A stretch of 40,732 nt of DNA, taken from the IMG/VR virus record IMGVR_UViG_3300028608_000002; one strand, written 5' to 3'. This stretch comes from a virus. Under the pieces are notes generated by a model, which made no database searches, was not told the DNA's origin, and was given only the letters and a program-made list of their open reading frames with translations. This document shows, piece by piece, positions 32,619-39,255 of this stretch (positions within the stretch are counted from its first letter, which is position 1; the number at the start of each line of letters is the position of its first letter). Both the position numbers and the translations under genes were made by a program.

Positions 32619-33971
32619 CTAGGCGACCGCGGCGAGGTTGCCGGCGCTGGTGAGCATGAGGTGGGTGAGGGCCCACACGTAGGCGTCGAGCCGGTCGGGG
32701 CTGTCGTCGCCGGGTACCCAGGTGGTGAGCTGCTCCTCGAGGTCGGGGAGGCTGCCGACGATGTGCGCTGAGCGCTGGTCGGTGAGGGCGGCCACCGGCT
32801 CCGCGCGGGTCGCCTTCCCCCGGGACGCGGTGACAGTGCGGTAGTTCACGGTCGGATCGATCTGCCTGATCACGGTCCCGATCCACTCGCCGCCGTTGTT
32901 GACCTCAGCGACGATCGCGTCCGCCCGGTGCTCGTGGTACGCGCGGATCGCCGTGCGGGCGGCCTCCACCGGCGGCATCCGCCCGGACAGATCGTCGATG
33001 GCGTAGCCGTGCTGCCGCTGGAATCCGTTCCGGTCCGGGATGTACGCGGCACCGCGGCCGGCGACGATGATGCCCATCTCGTCCGCCTCGTCGGTGGACG
33101 TGGCCGCCGGGTCCATCGCTACGACGACGCTGGACAGCGGGGGGACGGCGCCGACGCGGGCGGCGTCCAGCCCCGCCATGGACCACAGGGCGCCCTCGAT
33201 GTCCTCGAGGAGTACGCCGTCCAGTTCTTGCGCGGCGATGCGGGTTCCGGCGTACTTGCGGATGAGGTGGTCGCGCTGCTCCTGCGGCAGGTGGATCGCG
33301 TCCTTCGTCCGGCCGCGGGTGATGGTGACCTTCGCGCTCTTGGTCAGCGCGACCAGTTCCTTACGCGGCTTCGGTGTGGTCGACCCGATGTAGTGCGGGT
33401 TCGCTCCGATGCGGAGGCCCATCTCGGAGTGCGTGATGGCTTCGCCGAGGCGGCGCATCGCGGCCAGCTCCTCGAACCAGGTGAGGCACCGGTTACCGCC
33501 GGCGCGGAGCCGGTCGACGTCGTCCGGGCTGTGCGCGCCGAACAGCTTGGCCTCGGCCCCGGACGGCCAGCGTGCGAACGTACCGCCAGCGGTGGTGCGC
33601 AGGACCACGCGCGGGTCGTGGGCGCGCAGCCCCGACGGGCCGTTGACGCAGGCCTCGACGGCGTCTCCCTGCGTGGGGGCGACGATGGCCATGCGGTGCC
33701 CGCCGCGCAGTCGGGGGTCGCAGGGGGGACCGTTGACGTGGGCGACCATGTAGCGGGCGCAGCCGTCCGTCTTGCCGGTGCCGCGGCCGCCGAGCTGGAG
33801 CCACCAGCCGAGCGTGGGGATCTCGTCGGGTGGGACCTGCCACGGGTACGGCGTCCACCTGTTCCAGCGTTTCCGCCACAGGCGGGCGGCCAGCTGCTCC
33901 TCGAGGATCGCGAGTTCTTCGGGGGTGAGTTGCTGGACGCGGGCGCGGAGTTCGTCGCGGGTGAGGCTCAC
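32619..33971 (-). CDS. terL: Terminase large subunit
   Basis: ORF 32619..34253 trimmed to GTG 33971 (GTGA overlap). It has the Walker A motif GGRGTGKTDG and a C-terminal nuclease-like region. Confidence 0.85.
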   Translation of the reverse strand: MSLTRDELRARVQQLTPEELAILEEQLAARLWRKRWNRWTPYPWQVPPDEIPTLGWWLQLGGRGTGKTDGCARYMVAHVNGPPCDPRLRGGHRMAIVAPTQGDAVEACVNGPSGLRAHDPRVVLRTTAGGTFARWPSGAEAKLFGAHSPDDVDRLRAGGNRCLTWFEELAAMRRLGEAITHSEMGLRIGANPHYIGSTTPKPRKELVALTKSAKVTITRGRTKDAIHLPQEQRDHLIRKYAGTRIAAQELDGVLLEDIEGALWSMAGLDAARVGAVPPLSSVVVAMDPAATSTDEADEMGIIVAGRGAAYIPDRNGFQRQHGYAIDDLSGRMPPVEAARTAIRAYHEHRADAIVAEVNNGGEWIGTVIRQIDPTVNYRTVTASRGKATRAEPVAALTDQRSAHIVGSLPDLEEQLTTWVPGDDSPDRLDAYVWALTHLMLTSAGNLAAVA

Positions 33972-34390
33972 GGCGCACCGTCCAGCTCGGCGATCTGGTC
34001 GGCGAGCGCTATGACGCGGGCGGTCATCTCGTCGGTGACGGTGACGTTCGCGCGTACGGGGGCGTACAGGCCGAGGAGCTTGGCTTGGTGGTCGAGGAGC
34101 TTCACCAGCGCTTCGTTCGACCGGACGTCGCCCTTGACGACCTTCGGCATGAGTCCGTCGATGGCGACGTTGATGACGGCGAGCTGCTCGCCGAGGTACT
34201 GCTGGAACGCGTCGGCGGCTTCCTTCGCCAGCTGCTCGACGCCGCGCTTCCACGCGACGTGCGCGTTCTTGATGTCGCAGCCGAGGCGTTCGGCGATGTC
34301 CCGGAAGTGGAGGCGGTCGCGGGTGCGCAGGATGACGGCCTCGTGCTGTCGCACCAGGCCGATGTCGTGGTCTGCGTGCCGTCGCGCCAT
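33968..34390 (-). CDS. terS: Terminase small subunit (HTH)
   Basis: ORF 33968..34537 trimmed to ATG 34390 (GGGAGGTGAC SD). It has an N-terminal HTH (HFRDIAERLGCDIKNAHVAWKRG) and lies directly upstream of terL. Confidence 0.7.
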   Translation of the reverse strand: MARRHADHDIGLVRQHEAVILRTRDRLHFRDIAERLGCDIKNAHVAWKRGVEQLAKEAADAFQQYLGEQLAVINVAIDGLMPKVVKGDVRSNEALVKLLDHQAKLLGLYAPVRANVTVTDEMTARVIALADQIAELDGAP

Positions 34391-34438
34391 GTCACCTCCC
34401 TGTACGGGAAGGTACGGATTTTCGGCGGGGCGGGATCT

Positions 34439-34455
34439 TGGGGGCTGCAATTCGC
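34439..34455. repeat. 17-mer TGGGGGCTGCAATTCGC, copy 2
   Basis: Exact match to 28663..28679. It lies between the tRNA-like gene and terS. Confidence 0.8.
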
Positions 34456-34497
34456 GGGGACGACGACGCCCCGCCGACGCAGGTCGACGGGGCGATG

Positions 34498-34574
34498 TGG
34501 TCGGGGCCGGAGTCGAACCGGCGTCCGTGCCGGGCATGGCCCCGGCCGCTCTGTACCCAGTGAGCTACCCGATC
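34498..34574 (-). tRNA. tRNA-like gene with a non-canonical anticodon arm (CAU central; possible degenerate tRNA-Met or pseudo-tRNA)
   Basis: The minus strand reads GATCGGG-TA-GCTC-ACTGGGTACA-GAGC-G-GCCGGG-GCCATG-CCCGGC-ACGGAC-GCCGG-TTCGACT-CCGGC-CCCGACC-A. The D and T arms are good. The acceptor stem has an A2:C71 mismatch. The anticodon arm is a 6-bp stem with a 6-nt loop and no U33. Confidence 0.5.
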
Positions 34575-34594
34575 CGCATCAGTACAGCACGGCG

Positions 34595-35050
34595 TCAGCA
34601 GGCGTCGTACTTCCAGGCGCCGCCCTCCAGCGTCCACGGCTGCGCGTCCTGGTCGAACTTCGGCAGGCCCTCCACCCGGTAGCTGACGCGGCCCATCTCC
34701 CCCGACACCTCCGCCTTCACGTCCGTCGCCGCATGGTCCGGCCCGTACTCCTCCGCCGCCTGCTCCACCGACGCCCCGAACACCAGCTCGTTGATCTGCC
34801 CCCGGCAGCGTTCGGACAGCATGCGGTGCGCGGTGCTGGCCTCACCCGCGAAGTACGCGGCGGTGTAGTCGCGGACGGCGTCCTCGAGGGCGGCGGCCTC
34901 CGGGGCCGGCGCGGGCTCGGCCGGCTCCTGCTCGCTGCTGGCGGCCGGGGTGGGCTTCGTCTCCGGCTTGCTGTCGTCGCCGGACGACGTGCAGGCGGTG
35001 AGGCCGAGGAGCAGGACGGCGGTAAGCGTGGCGGCGGTGGTGGTGCGCAT
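34595..35050 (-). CDS. Secreted lipoprotein (151 aa), moron-like
   Basis: ORF 34595..35209 trimmed to ATG 35050. The signal peptide MRTTTAATLTAVLLLGLTAC contains an L-T-A-C lipobox. Confidence 0.75.
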   Translation of the reverse strand: MRTTTAATLTAVLLLGLTACTSSGDDSKPETKPTPAASSEQEPAEPAPAPEAAALEDAVRDYTAAYFAGEASTAHRMLSERCRGQINELVFGASVEQAAEEYGPDHAATDVKAEVSGEMGRVSYRVEGLPKFDQDAQPWTLEGGAWKYDAC

Positions 35051-35106
35051 GGTCCCCCCATGGCTGGTGCGGTTGGAGGGGGCATCGTCGCATGGGGGCA
35101 TGAGTC

Positions 35107-35140
35107 GGGCCCTCGCCCCTGGGGATTTAGGCGAGGGCCC
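35107..35140 (-). terminator. Hairpin GGGCCCTCGCC-(12 nt)-GGCGAGGGCCC upstream of the lipoprotein gene
   Basis: Perfect 11-bp stem downstream of the gene at 35220..35474. Confidence 0.6.
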
Positions 35141-35219
35141 GGTGCGCGTCGCAGCCAGCAGACGCGGATATGCATGAGCGTCTTCGACTGTACGACGCGG
35201 GTCTGACAACGGCGTCCGG

Positions 35220-35474
35220 TCAGGCGCACCAGCGGGAGAACCCGAGCGTCTCCGTGCGCAGCGCGGCGGCGGCGAGGAGCGACGCGTCCGGCGCCCCGGC
35301 GGCGATCGCGGCGAGGACGTCCCGGTGCAACCGGTCCTCCTCCCCGTGCGCGGCCTCGTCGTCGCCCTGGAGGGCGTGGATCTCGGCGAGGCGGCGGGCG
35401 ATGTCCTCGGCGGTCAGGCCGGGGTCACCCTGCGGGGCCGGGGCGTGGTCCTCGTAGCGCTCGATCTCGGTCAC
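35220..35474 (-). CDS. Hypothetical acidic protein (84 aa)
   Basis: ORF track with a GTG start and GTGA overlap. Confidence 0.65.
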   Translation of the reverse strand: MTEIERYEDHAPAPQGDPGLTAEDIARRLAEIHALQGDDEAAHGEEDRLHRDVLAAIAAGAPDASLLAAAALRTETLGFSRWCA

Positions 35475-35614
35475 TGGCTTCCCTTCTTCGGCTTGCCGGG
35501 GGTGGGCGTCTTGGCGGGCTTCAGCCAGCCGCCGCGCGACGCCTGGTAGGTCGTCTCGTGGCCCTGGAGGCGCGGGTCGCTGGGCTCGATGGGCTTCTTG
35601 AATCCGAGTGCCAT
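35471..35614 (-). CDS. Small basic protein (47 aa), below the ORF-track cutoff once trimmed
   Basis: ATG 35614 has an AGGAGA SD. The frame is that of ORF 35471..35854. Confidence 0.5.
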   Translation of the reverse strand: MALGFKKPIEPSDPRLQGHETTYQASRGGWLKPAKTPTPGKPKKGSQ

Positions 35615-35700
35615 GATGGCGGTCTCCTGTCTCGTGTTCGGGATGGGGACCGGGGCGGGCCGCGCTCTTCTTGGCGGATGGGAGCGGCCCGTCCCGGGGT

Positions 35701-36315
35701 CTACTTGCCGCGCGCCGTGTGGTGGCGGGCGGGCTCGGCGGGGTCGCGCCAGATACGCGCGGACTGGCCGATGCGCTCTACACGCAACCCCTCTCCGGGC
35801 TCTCCTCCGTGGCCGTTGTTGGCGTTGGCGTTGGCGTCTGACCTGCAACAACAACCGTCTTCAGAGGTCGGGGGAGGGGCGGGGATATCGTCCGCGTGGA
35901 CCCCGGGCCCGTTACCCGCCCGTGTGCGCACACCCGCCCGGACCCGCACGCCGGCCTCGTCGAGGAGCGCGCGGACGGTCTTCGTGTCGGCGGCGCCGAG
36001 GTCGTCGCGGAGGCGGGTGAGTAGGACGCCGCGGTCGTCGCCGACGAGGCGGTGCAGCGCGGCCGTGACGTCCGGGCCCGGCTCCTCGTCGTCGGCGGAC
36101 TTCTCGCGGCGGCCGGCCCGCCACGCCTGGACGCGCTGCACGCCGAGGGTGGCCAGCACGCCGATGACGACGTACGCCGACTCGGGCAGGGCGGCGACGA
36201 TTCCCCACATGGCGAGGAGCAGCACGACGAGGAGGACCAGGCGGGCGGCGCGCTCGCTCATCTCGCCGCGCTCCCCCACCTCGGCGGGCTCCGTCTCGGT
36301 GCTGGCCGCGCTCAT
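35701..36315 (-). CDS. Membrane protein (2 TM) with a cytoplasmic winged-helix-like domain and a CCC/(AN)3 tail
   Basis: ORF 35701..36627 trimmed to ATG 36315 (ATGA overlap). The TM helices are LVLLVVLLLAMWGIVAAL and YVVIGVLATLGV. These are followed by LLTRLRDDLGAADTKTVRALLDEAGVRVRAGVR. Confidence 0.65.
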   Translation of the reverse strand: MSAASTETEPAEVGERGEMSERAARLVLLVVLLLAMWGIVAALPESAYVVIGVLATLGVQRVQAWRAGRREKSADDEEPGPDVTAALHRLVGDDRGVLLTRLRDDLGAADTKTVRALLDEAGVRVRAGVRTRAGNGPGVHADDIPAPPPTSEDGCCCRSDANANANNGHGGEPGEGLRVERIGQSARIWRDPAEPARHHTARGK

Positions 36316-36818
36316 CCGAACGCCTGCGTGAACCAGGAACCCAGCAGGTTCACCGACGAGCCGAGTGGCACGGCCGCGATACCGGCCACGTTCCCGGACA
36401 GGGCGACAGCGATCCCGGAGAACGCGCCGGCCGCCAGCTTCCCGTTCGACACCTTCGGCGCCCACTTCCACAGGGCGAGCAGGACGCAGGTGAGCAGGAA
36501 GACGATGACGTACCCGCCGGGGGTCAGCGGCAGTTGCTGCGCGCGGGTGACGTCGGGTGCGGTGCCGCCGACGCCCCAGACGAGGGCGGTGTATCCGGCG
36601 ACGTTGGCGGCCCACAGGGTGACCCACGCGACGGCGCCGAGGGCGGACACGGAGCCGAGGGCGGCGAGCGCGGCGAGCATGCCGTAGAGGTGGGCGAGGA
36701 CGAACGGCAGGAGTGCGGTGGGCTGGCGCTGCTCGCGGAGGACCCAGCGCATGAGGTAGGTGAGGACGATGCCGACGCCGAGGGCGACGCCGCCGAGGTT
36801 GATGGCCATGTAGGGCAT
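36312..36818 (-). CDS. Polytopic membrane protein (about 5 TM, 168 aa)
   Basis: ORF 36312..37094 trimmed to ATG 36818 (GAAGGA SD). Confidence 0.65.
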   Translation of the reverse strand: MPYMAINLGGVALGVGIVLTYLMRWVLREQRQPTALLPFVLAHLYGMLAALAALGSVSALGAVAWVTLWAANVAGYTALVWGVGGTAPDVTRAQQLPLTPGGYVIVFLLTCVLLALWKWAPKVSNGKLAAGAFSGIAVALSGNVAGIAAVPLGSSVNLLGSWFTQAFG

Positions 36819-36831
36819 GAGGTGGGGTCCT

Positions 36832-36978
36832 TCAGCGGAGGACGGCGACGCCGAGCGCCGCGAGGGTGAGGATGAACGCGCACGTGCCGCTGATGGGCGG
36901 GACGGTGCGGAGGTCGACGAGGGCGAGGCCGACGAGGCCGAGGCCGGCGGCGAGCACGAAGAACACGGCGAGGAACAC
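36832..36978 (-). CDS. Small 2-TM membrane protein (48 aa), absent from the ORF track
   Basis: Translated by hand: VFLAVFFVLAAGLGLVGLALVDLRTVPPISGTCAFILTLAALGVAVLR. Every codon ends in G or C. GTG 36978 lies 10 nt after the upstream stop. Confidence 0.45.
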   Translation of the reverse strand: MFLAVFFVLAAGLGLVGLALVDLRTVPPISGTCAFILTLAALGVAVLR

Positions 36979-36987
36979 GGCCGCCGC

Positions 36988-37857
36988 CTACGGGTTCTGT
37001 CCGGCAGCCATGGGCAGCGCGGGCGGCAGCTGCGCGAGGTGCGGCTCGTGCTGCTCGATCTCGGCCCGGATGACGCCGCGGATCGTCGAGTCACCGGGGG
37101 CTACGCCGTGCGCCTTGATGAGCGCGGCGCGCATGGCCGAGGTGGACGGGCGGGTGCCGGCGTCGTACAGGGGGCGGATGGCGGCGCAGCGCGGGTCCTG
37201 GTAGACGATGACGGGCGGCGCCGACGATGGCGGGGCGGGCGGGAGCTGCGTTGTCGGCTGAGGCTGCGCCGGGACGGGAGGCTGCTCGGCGCGCTCCACC
37301 GTCACCACCGGAACGGCCGGGGCCTGCACCGTGTCGAGCGTGTCCAGCCGCACCCGCACCGCAGCGCGCAGCGTCCGCCACGACTGCCGCGGGAACAGCA
37401 GCCAGCCCAGCAGCGGGATGTGCGGCATCCGCTCGGCGACGAGGCCGCGGGCGTGGCGCTGCTCGTCGCGGACGTCCCGGCGGTGCAGCTCGAAGAGGAG
37501 TTCCACGGCGGCGGAGATGGAGGCGAGGCCGATGCCGCCGACGGTGCCGCCGATCTCCCGGCCGTGGGACCAGTTGAGGACGCCGGACACGGTGACGAAC
37601 CCGGCGATGGACAGGCGGGCGAGGCCGGCGGGGGTGCCGCGTTCGATGGCGCGGCGGGCGTAGTCGGCGCAGATGAGTCCGGCGAGGTCGAACATCAGGC
37701 TGAGGGCCCAGGCGAGGCGGGGTTCCATGCCCCAGTCGGTGAGTTTGCCGCTGATGGACCAGGCGGCGGCGGCGAGCATCATCGCGAGGACGATGAACCA
37801 TGCTGCGCGGATGGGGCTGCCGAGGCGGCGTACGCCGCGGGCGGGCTGCTTGTTCAT
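36988..37857 (-). CDS. 4-TM membrane protein with a C-terminal HTH-like domain (DUF2637-like by recollection)
   Basis: 289 aa with an ATGA overlap. It has four TM helices, a Pro-rich linker, then IRPLYDAGTRPSTSAMRAALIKAHGVAPGDSTIRGVIRAEI. Confidence 0.65.
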   Translation of the reverse strand: MNKQPARGVRRLGSPIRAAWFIVLAMMLAAAAWSISGKLTDWGMEPRLAWALSLMFDLAGLICADYARRAIERGTPAGLARLSIAGFVTVSGVLNWSHGREIGGTVGGIGLASISAAVELLFELHRRDVRDEQRHARGLVAERMPHIPLLGWLLFPRQSWRTLRAAVRVRLDTLDTVQAPAVPVVTVERAEQPPVPAQPQPTTQLPPAPPSSAPPVIVYQDPRCAAIRPLYDAGTRPSTSAMRAALIKAHGVAPGDSTIRGVIRAEIEQHEPHLAQLPPALPMAAGQNP

Positions 37858-38057
37858 GCGGTCACCGCCGTGGTGTTCGTGAGGCGGAGGGCGAGCTGGC
37901 GGCGGTCACGGCGCGCGATGGACGTCGCGTTGGCGGCGGCGAGGGCGTTCACCTCGTCGTCGATCTCGCGGCAGTCGGCGCAGACGGCGAGGTGGTTGGC
38001 GCGGGCGGCGGTGACGTAGAGGTCGCCGAGGCTTGCGGGTACGCTGCGGTCAGCCAT
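37854..38057 (-). CDS. Small hypothetical protein with a CADC motif (67 aa), first gene of the cassette
   Basis: ORF track. ATG 38057 has a GGAGAG upstream. Confidence 0.55.
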   Translation of the reverse strand: MADRSVPASLGDLYVTAARANHLAVCADCREIDDEVNALAAANATSIARRDRRQLALRLTNTTAVTA

Positions 38058-38080
38058 GGGAGGTCACTCTCCGGTGGTCA

Positions 38081-38116
38081 GAGCCCCGTTCGGTGTGTCC
38101 AGCACCTGCGGGGCTC
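38081..38116 (+). terminator. Hairpin GAGCCCCG-(20 nt)-CGGGGCTC followed by GTCTTCTGTTGT
   Basis: Perfect 8-bp stem with a T-rich tail on the plus strand. It lies within the divergent control region. Confidence 0.4.
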
Positions 38117-38130
38117 GTCTTCTGTTGTGG

Positions 38131-38204
38131 GGCGTCGTCGGGCGTCGTCGGCCCGTCGTGACGCGGTGTCGGTTGCCCGACACGGTTGACGATACCCGAC
38201 ACGG
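38131..38204. promoter_or_regulatory. Repeat cluster in the divergent intergenic region
   Basis: GGCGTCGTCG occurs twice in tandem (38131-38150) with a degenerate third copy. The inverted repeat GTGTCGG-ttgc-CCGACAC lies at 38166-38183. The direct repeat CCCGACACGG occurs at 38176-38185 and 38195-38204. Confidence 0.55.
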
Positions 38205-38247
38205 GGGCGCGTGTGCAGACCTACGCTCCGGCGGGGAGGTACGGGCC

Positions 38248-38529
38248 ATGAGCGAGGAGCGGGACGAGGCGCGGGCGGCAGCGGACGAGGTGCTCGCCGC
38301 GGTGCGGGCTGCGCTGCGCCGGCTGGAGGCGATCCCGGACGCGGGGCTGCGGGCGCGAGCTGCGGGGCTGGTGCTGCGGGAGTGGCCGGCCGAACGGGGT
38401 CTGGCGTCGGAGATCCGGCGGGAGGCGGTGGACACGCTGCACCGTGGGGGGATGGACTTCCCGGAGATCGGTCAGGCGATCGGGACGGATCGGTCGCGGG
38501 CGTGGCGGATCTGGAAGGGCATGAGCTGA
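38248..38529 (+). CDS. HTH DNA-binding protein (93 aa)
   Basis: ORF 38056..38529 trimmed to ATG 38248 (GGGGAGG SD). The C-terminal HTH is MDFPEIGQAIGTDRSRAWRIWKG. Confidence 0.65.
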   Translation: MSEERDEARAAADEVLAAVRAALRRLEAIPDAGLRARAAGLVLREWPAERGLASEIRREAVDTLHRGGMDFPEIGQAIGTDRSRAWRIWKGMS

Positions 38530-38618
38530 CGACGCACGTCAACGGCCGTCGCTGCTCCACTCGAGCGATACGGGCGCCGGGCGGGTGTCCCGTCGGGTGG
38601 TTGGCTGGTTGGTTGGTC

Positions 38619-38948
38619 ATGGCGAACAACCAGATGCCTCTGCCTTCGGGCGAGGAAGAGATCATCACGCAGGCTCAGGCGTACATGCTGGCGGGGGTGA
38701 CCCGGGCGGTGCTGCGTGGGTGCATCGACCGCGGCGAGTTGAGGATGGCTGATCATCACGGCTCGCGTGGTTCGGCGAGGTTGTGGCGGTCGGATGTGCT
38801 GCGGCTGTCGGAGGAGAAGGGTTGGCCGGGGGCTGCCGGTGCGGTGGTTCCTTCGCAGGCCGGGTCTGGCGGTGGGTGCGCGGAGTGTGCGCGGTCGGCG
38901 GAGACGATCCGCCGGCTGCGTCGGGCGTTGGCGGCGGCGACGGAGTAG
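38619..38948 (+). CDS. Excisionase-like (MerR/Xis-type HTH) DNA-binding protein (109 aa)
   Basis: ORF 38211..38948 trimmed to ATG 38619. The sequence is ITQAQAYMLAGVTRAVLRGCIDRGELR...RLWRSDVLRL. The SD is weak, and an alternative ATG lies at 38634. Confidence 0.55.
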   Translation: MANNQMPLPSGEEEIITQAQAYMLAGVTRAVLRGCIDRGELRMADHHGSRGSARLWRSDVLRLSEEKGWPGAAGAVVPSQAGSGGGCAECARSAETIRRLRRALAAATE

Positions 38949-38959
38949 GCGGGTACGAC

Positions 38960-39003
38960 GACGCCCCGTCACCGGCCGTCGTCGGGCGGGGTGACGGGGC
39001 GTC
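38960..39003. terminator. Bidirectional terminator hairpin (14-bp stem GACGCCCCGTCACC/GGTGACGGGGCGTC)
   Basis: Perfect inverted repeat between the convergent genes ending at 38948 (+) and 39016 (-). Confidence 0.7.
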
Positions 39004-39015
39004 TGGCCTGCGTCG

Positions 39016-39186
39016 TCAGTGCGGCTGGTTCGGGTACTTCAGCCACGCCAGCGCTTCGGCGAGATCCTTCAGCGCGGCAGCGGCGGGCTTGCTGTCTCCG
39101 TAATCGGCGAGGTTCTTCGCCTGCTCGATCATCGCCCGACCGATCGCCTGGACGATCTCTTCGTTGGTGACCTTCTCGTCAGCCAT
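39016..39186 (-). CDS. Small hypothetical protein (56 aa), absent from the ORF track
   Basis: Translated by hand: MADEKVTNEEIVQAIGRAMIEQAKNLADYGDSKPAAAALKDLAEALAWLKYPNQPH. It has a strong AAGGAG SD. Confidence 0.65.
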   Translation of the reverse strand: MADEKVTNEEIVQAIGRAMIEQAKNLADYGDSKPAAAALKDLAEALAWLKYPNQPH

Positions 39187-39255
39187 GGGGCTCCTTGGTC
39201 TGGTCGTGCTGGTGGTGTTGTGAGGAACGCGTGGGGCGTGGCGGGTGGTTCCCGG

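Noticed and set aside
34460-34473. 14-mer ACGACGACGCCCCG shared with 38955..38968 (the 5' arm of the bidirectional terminator)
   Set aside because: The 14-mer is only moderately A/T-containing and is built from the ubiquitous CGACG/CCCCG words. By a rough estimate, dozens of 14-mer coincidences are expected in a 40-kb genome of this GC content.
34498-34574. The tRNA-like gene as the attP core
   Set aside because: The whole cloverleaf, including the 5' half, is present rather than only a tRNA 3' segment. It lies 22.6 kb from int and immediately next to terS. A repeat-rich non-coding region adjacent to int is the more likely attP.
38096-38101. An extra TGTCCA half-site in the loop of the 38081-38116 hairpin, as part of the immunity operator set
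   Set aside because: It is a single hexamer without a partner. About ten such hexamers are expected genome-wide by chance.
38131-38160. The short tandem repeats here and at 35818-35835, as a possible CRISPR array or minisatellite
   Set aside because: There are only 2-3 units of 6-10 nt with no spacers. One set is in-frame coding sequence. No cas genes are present.
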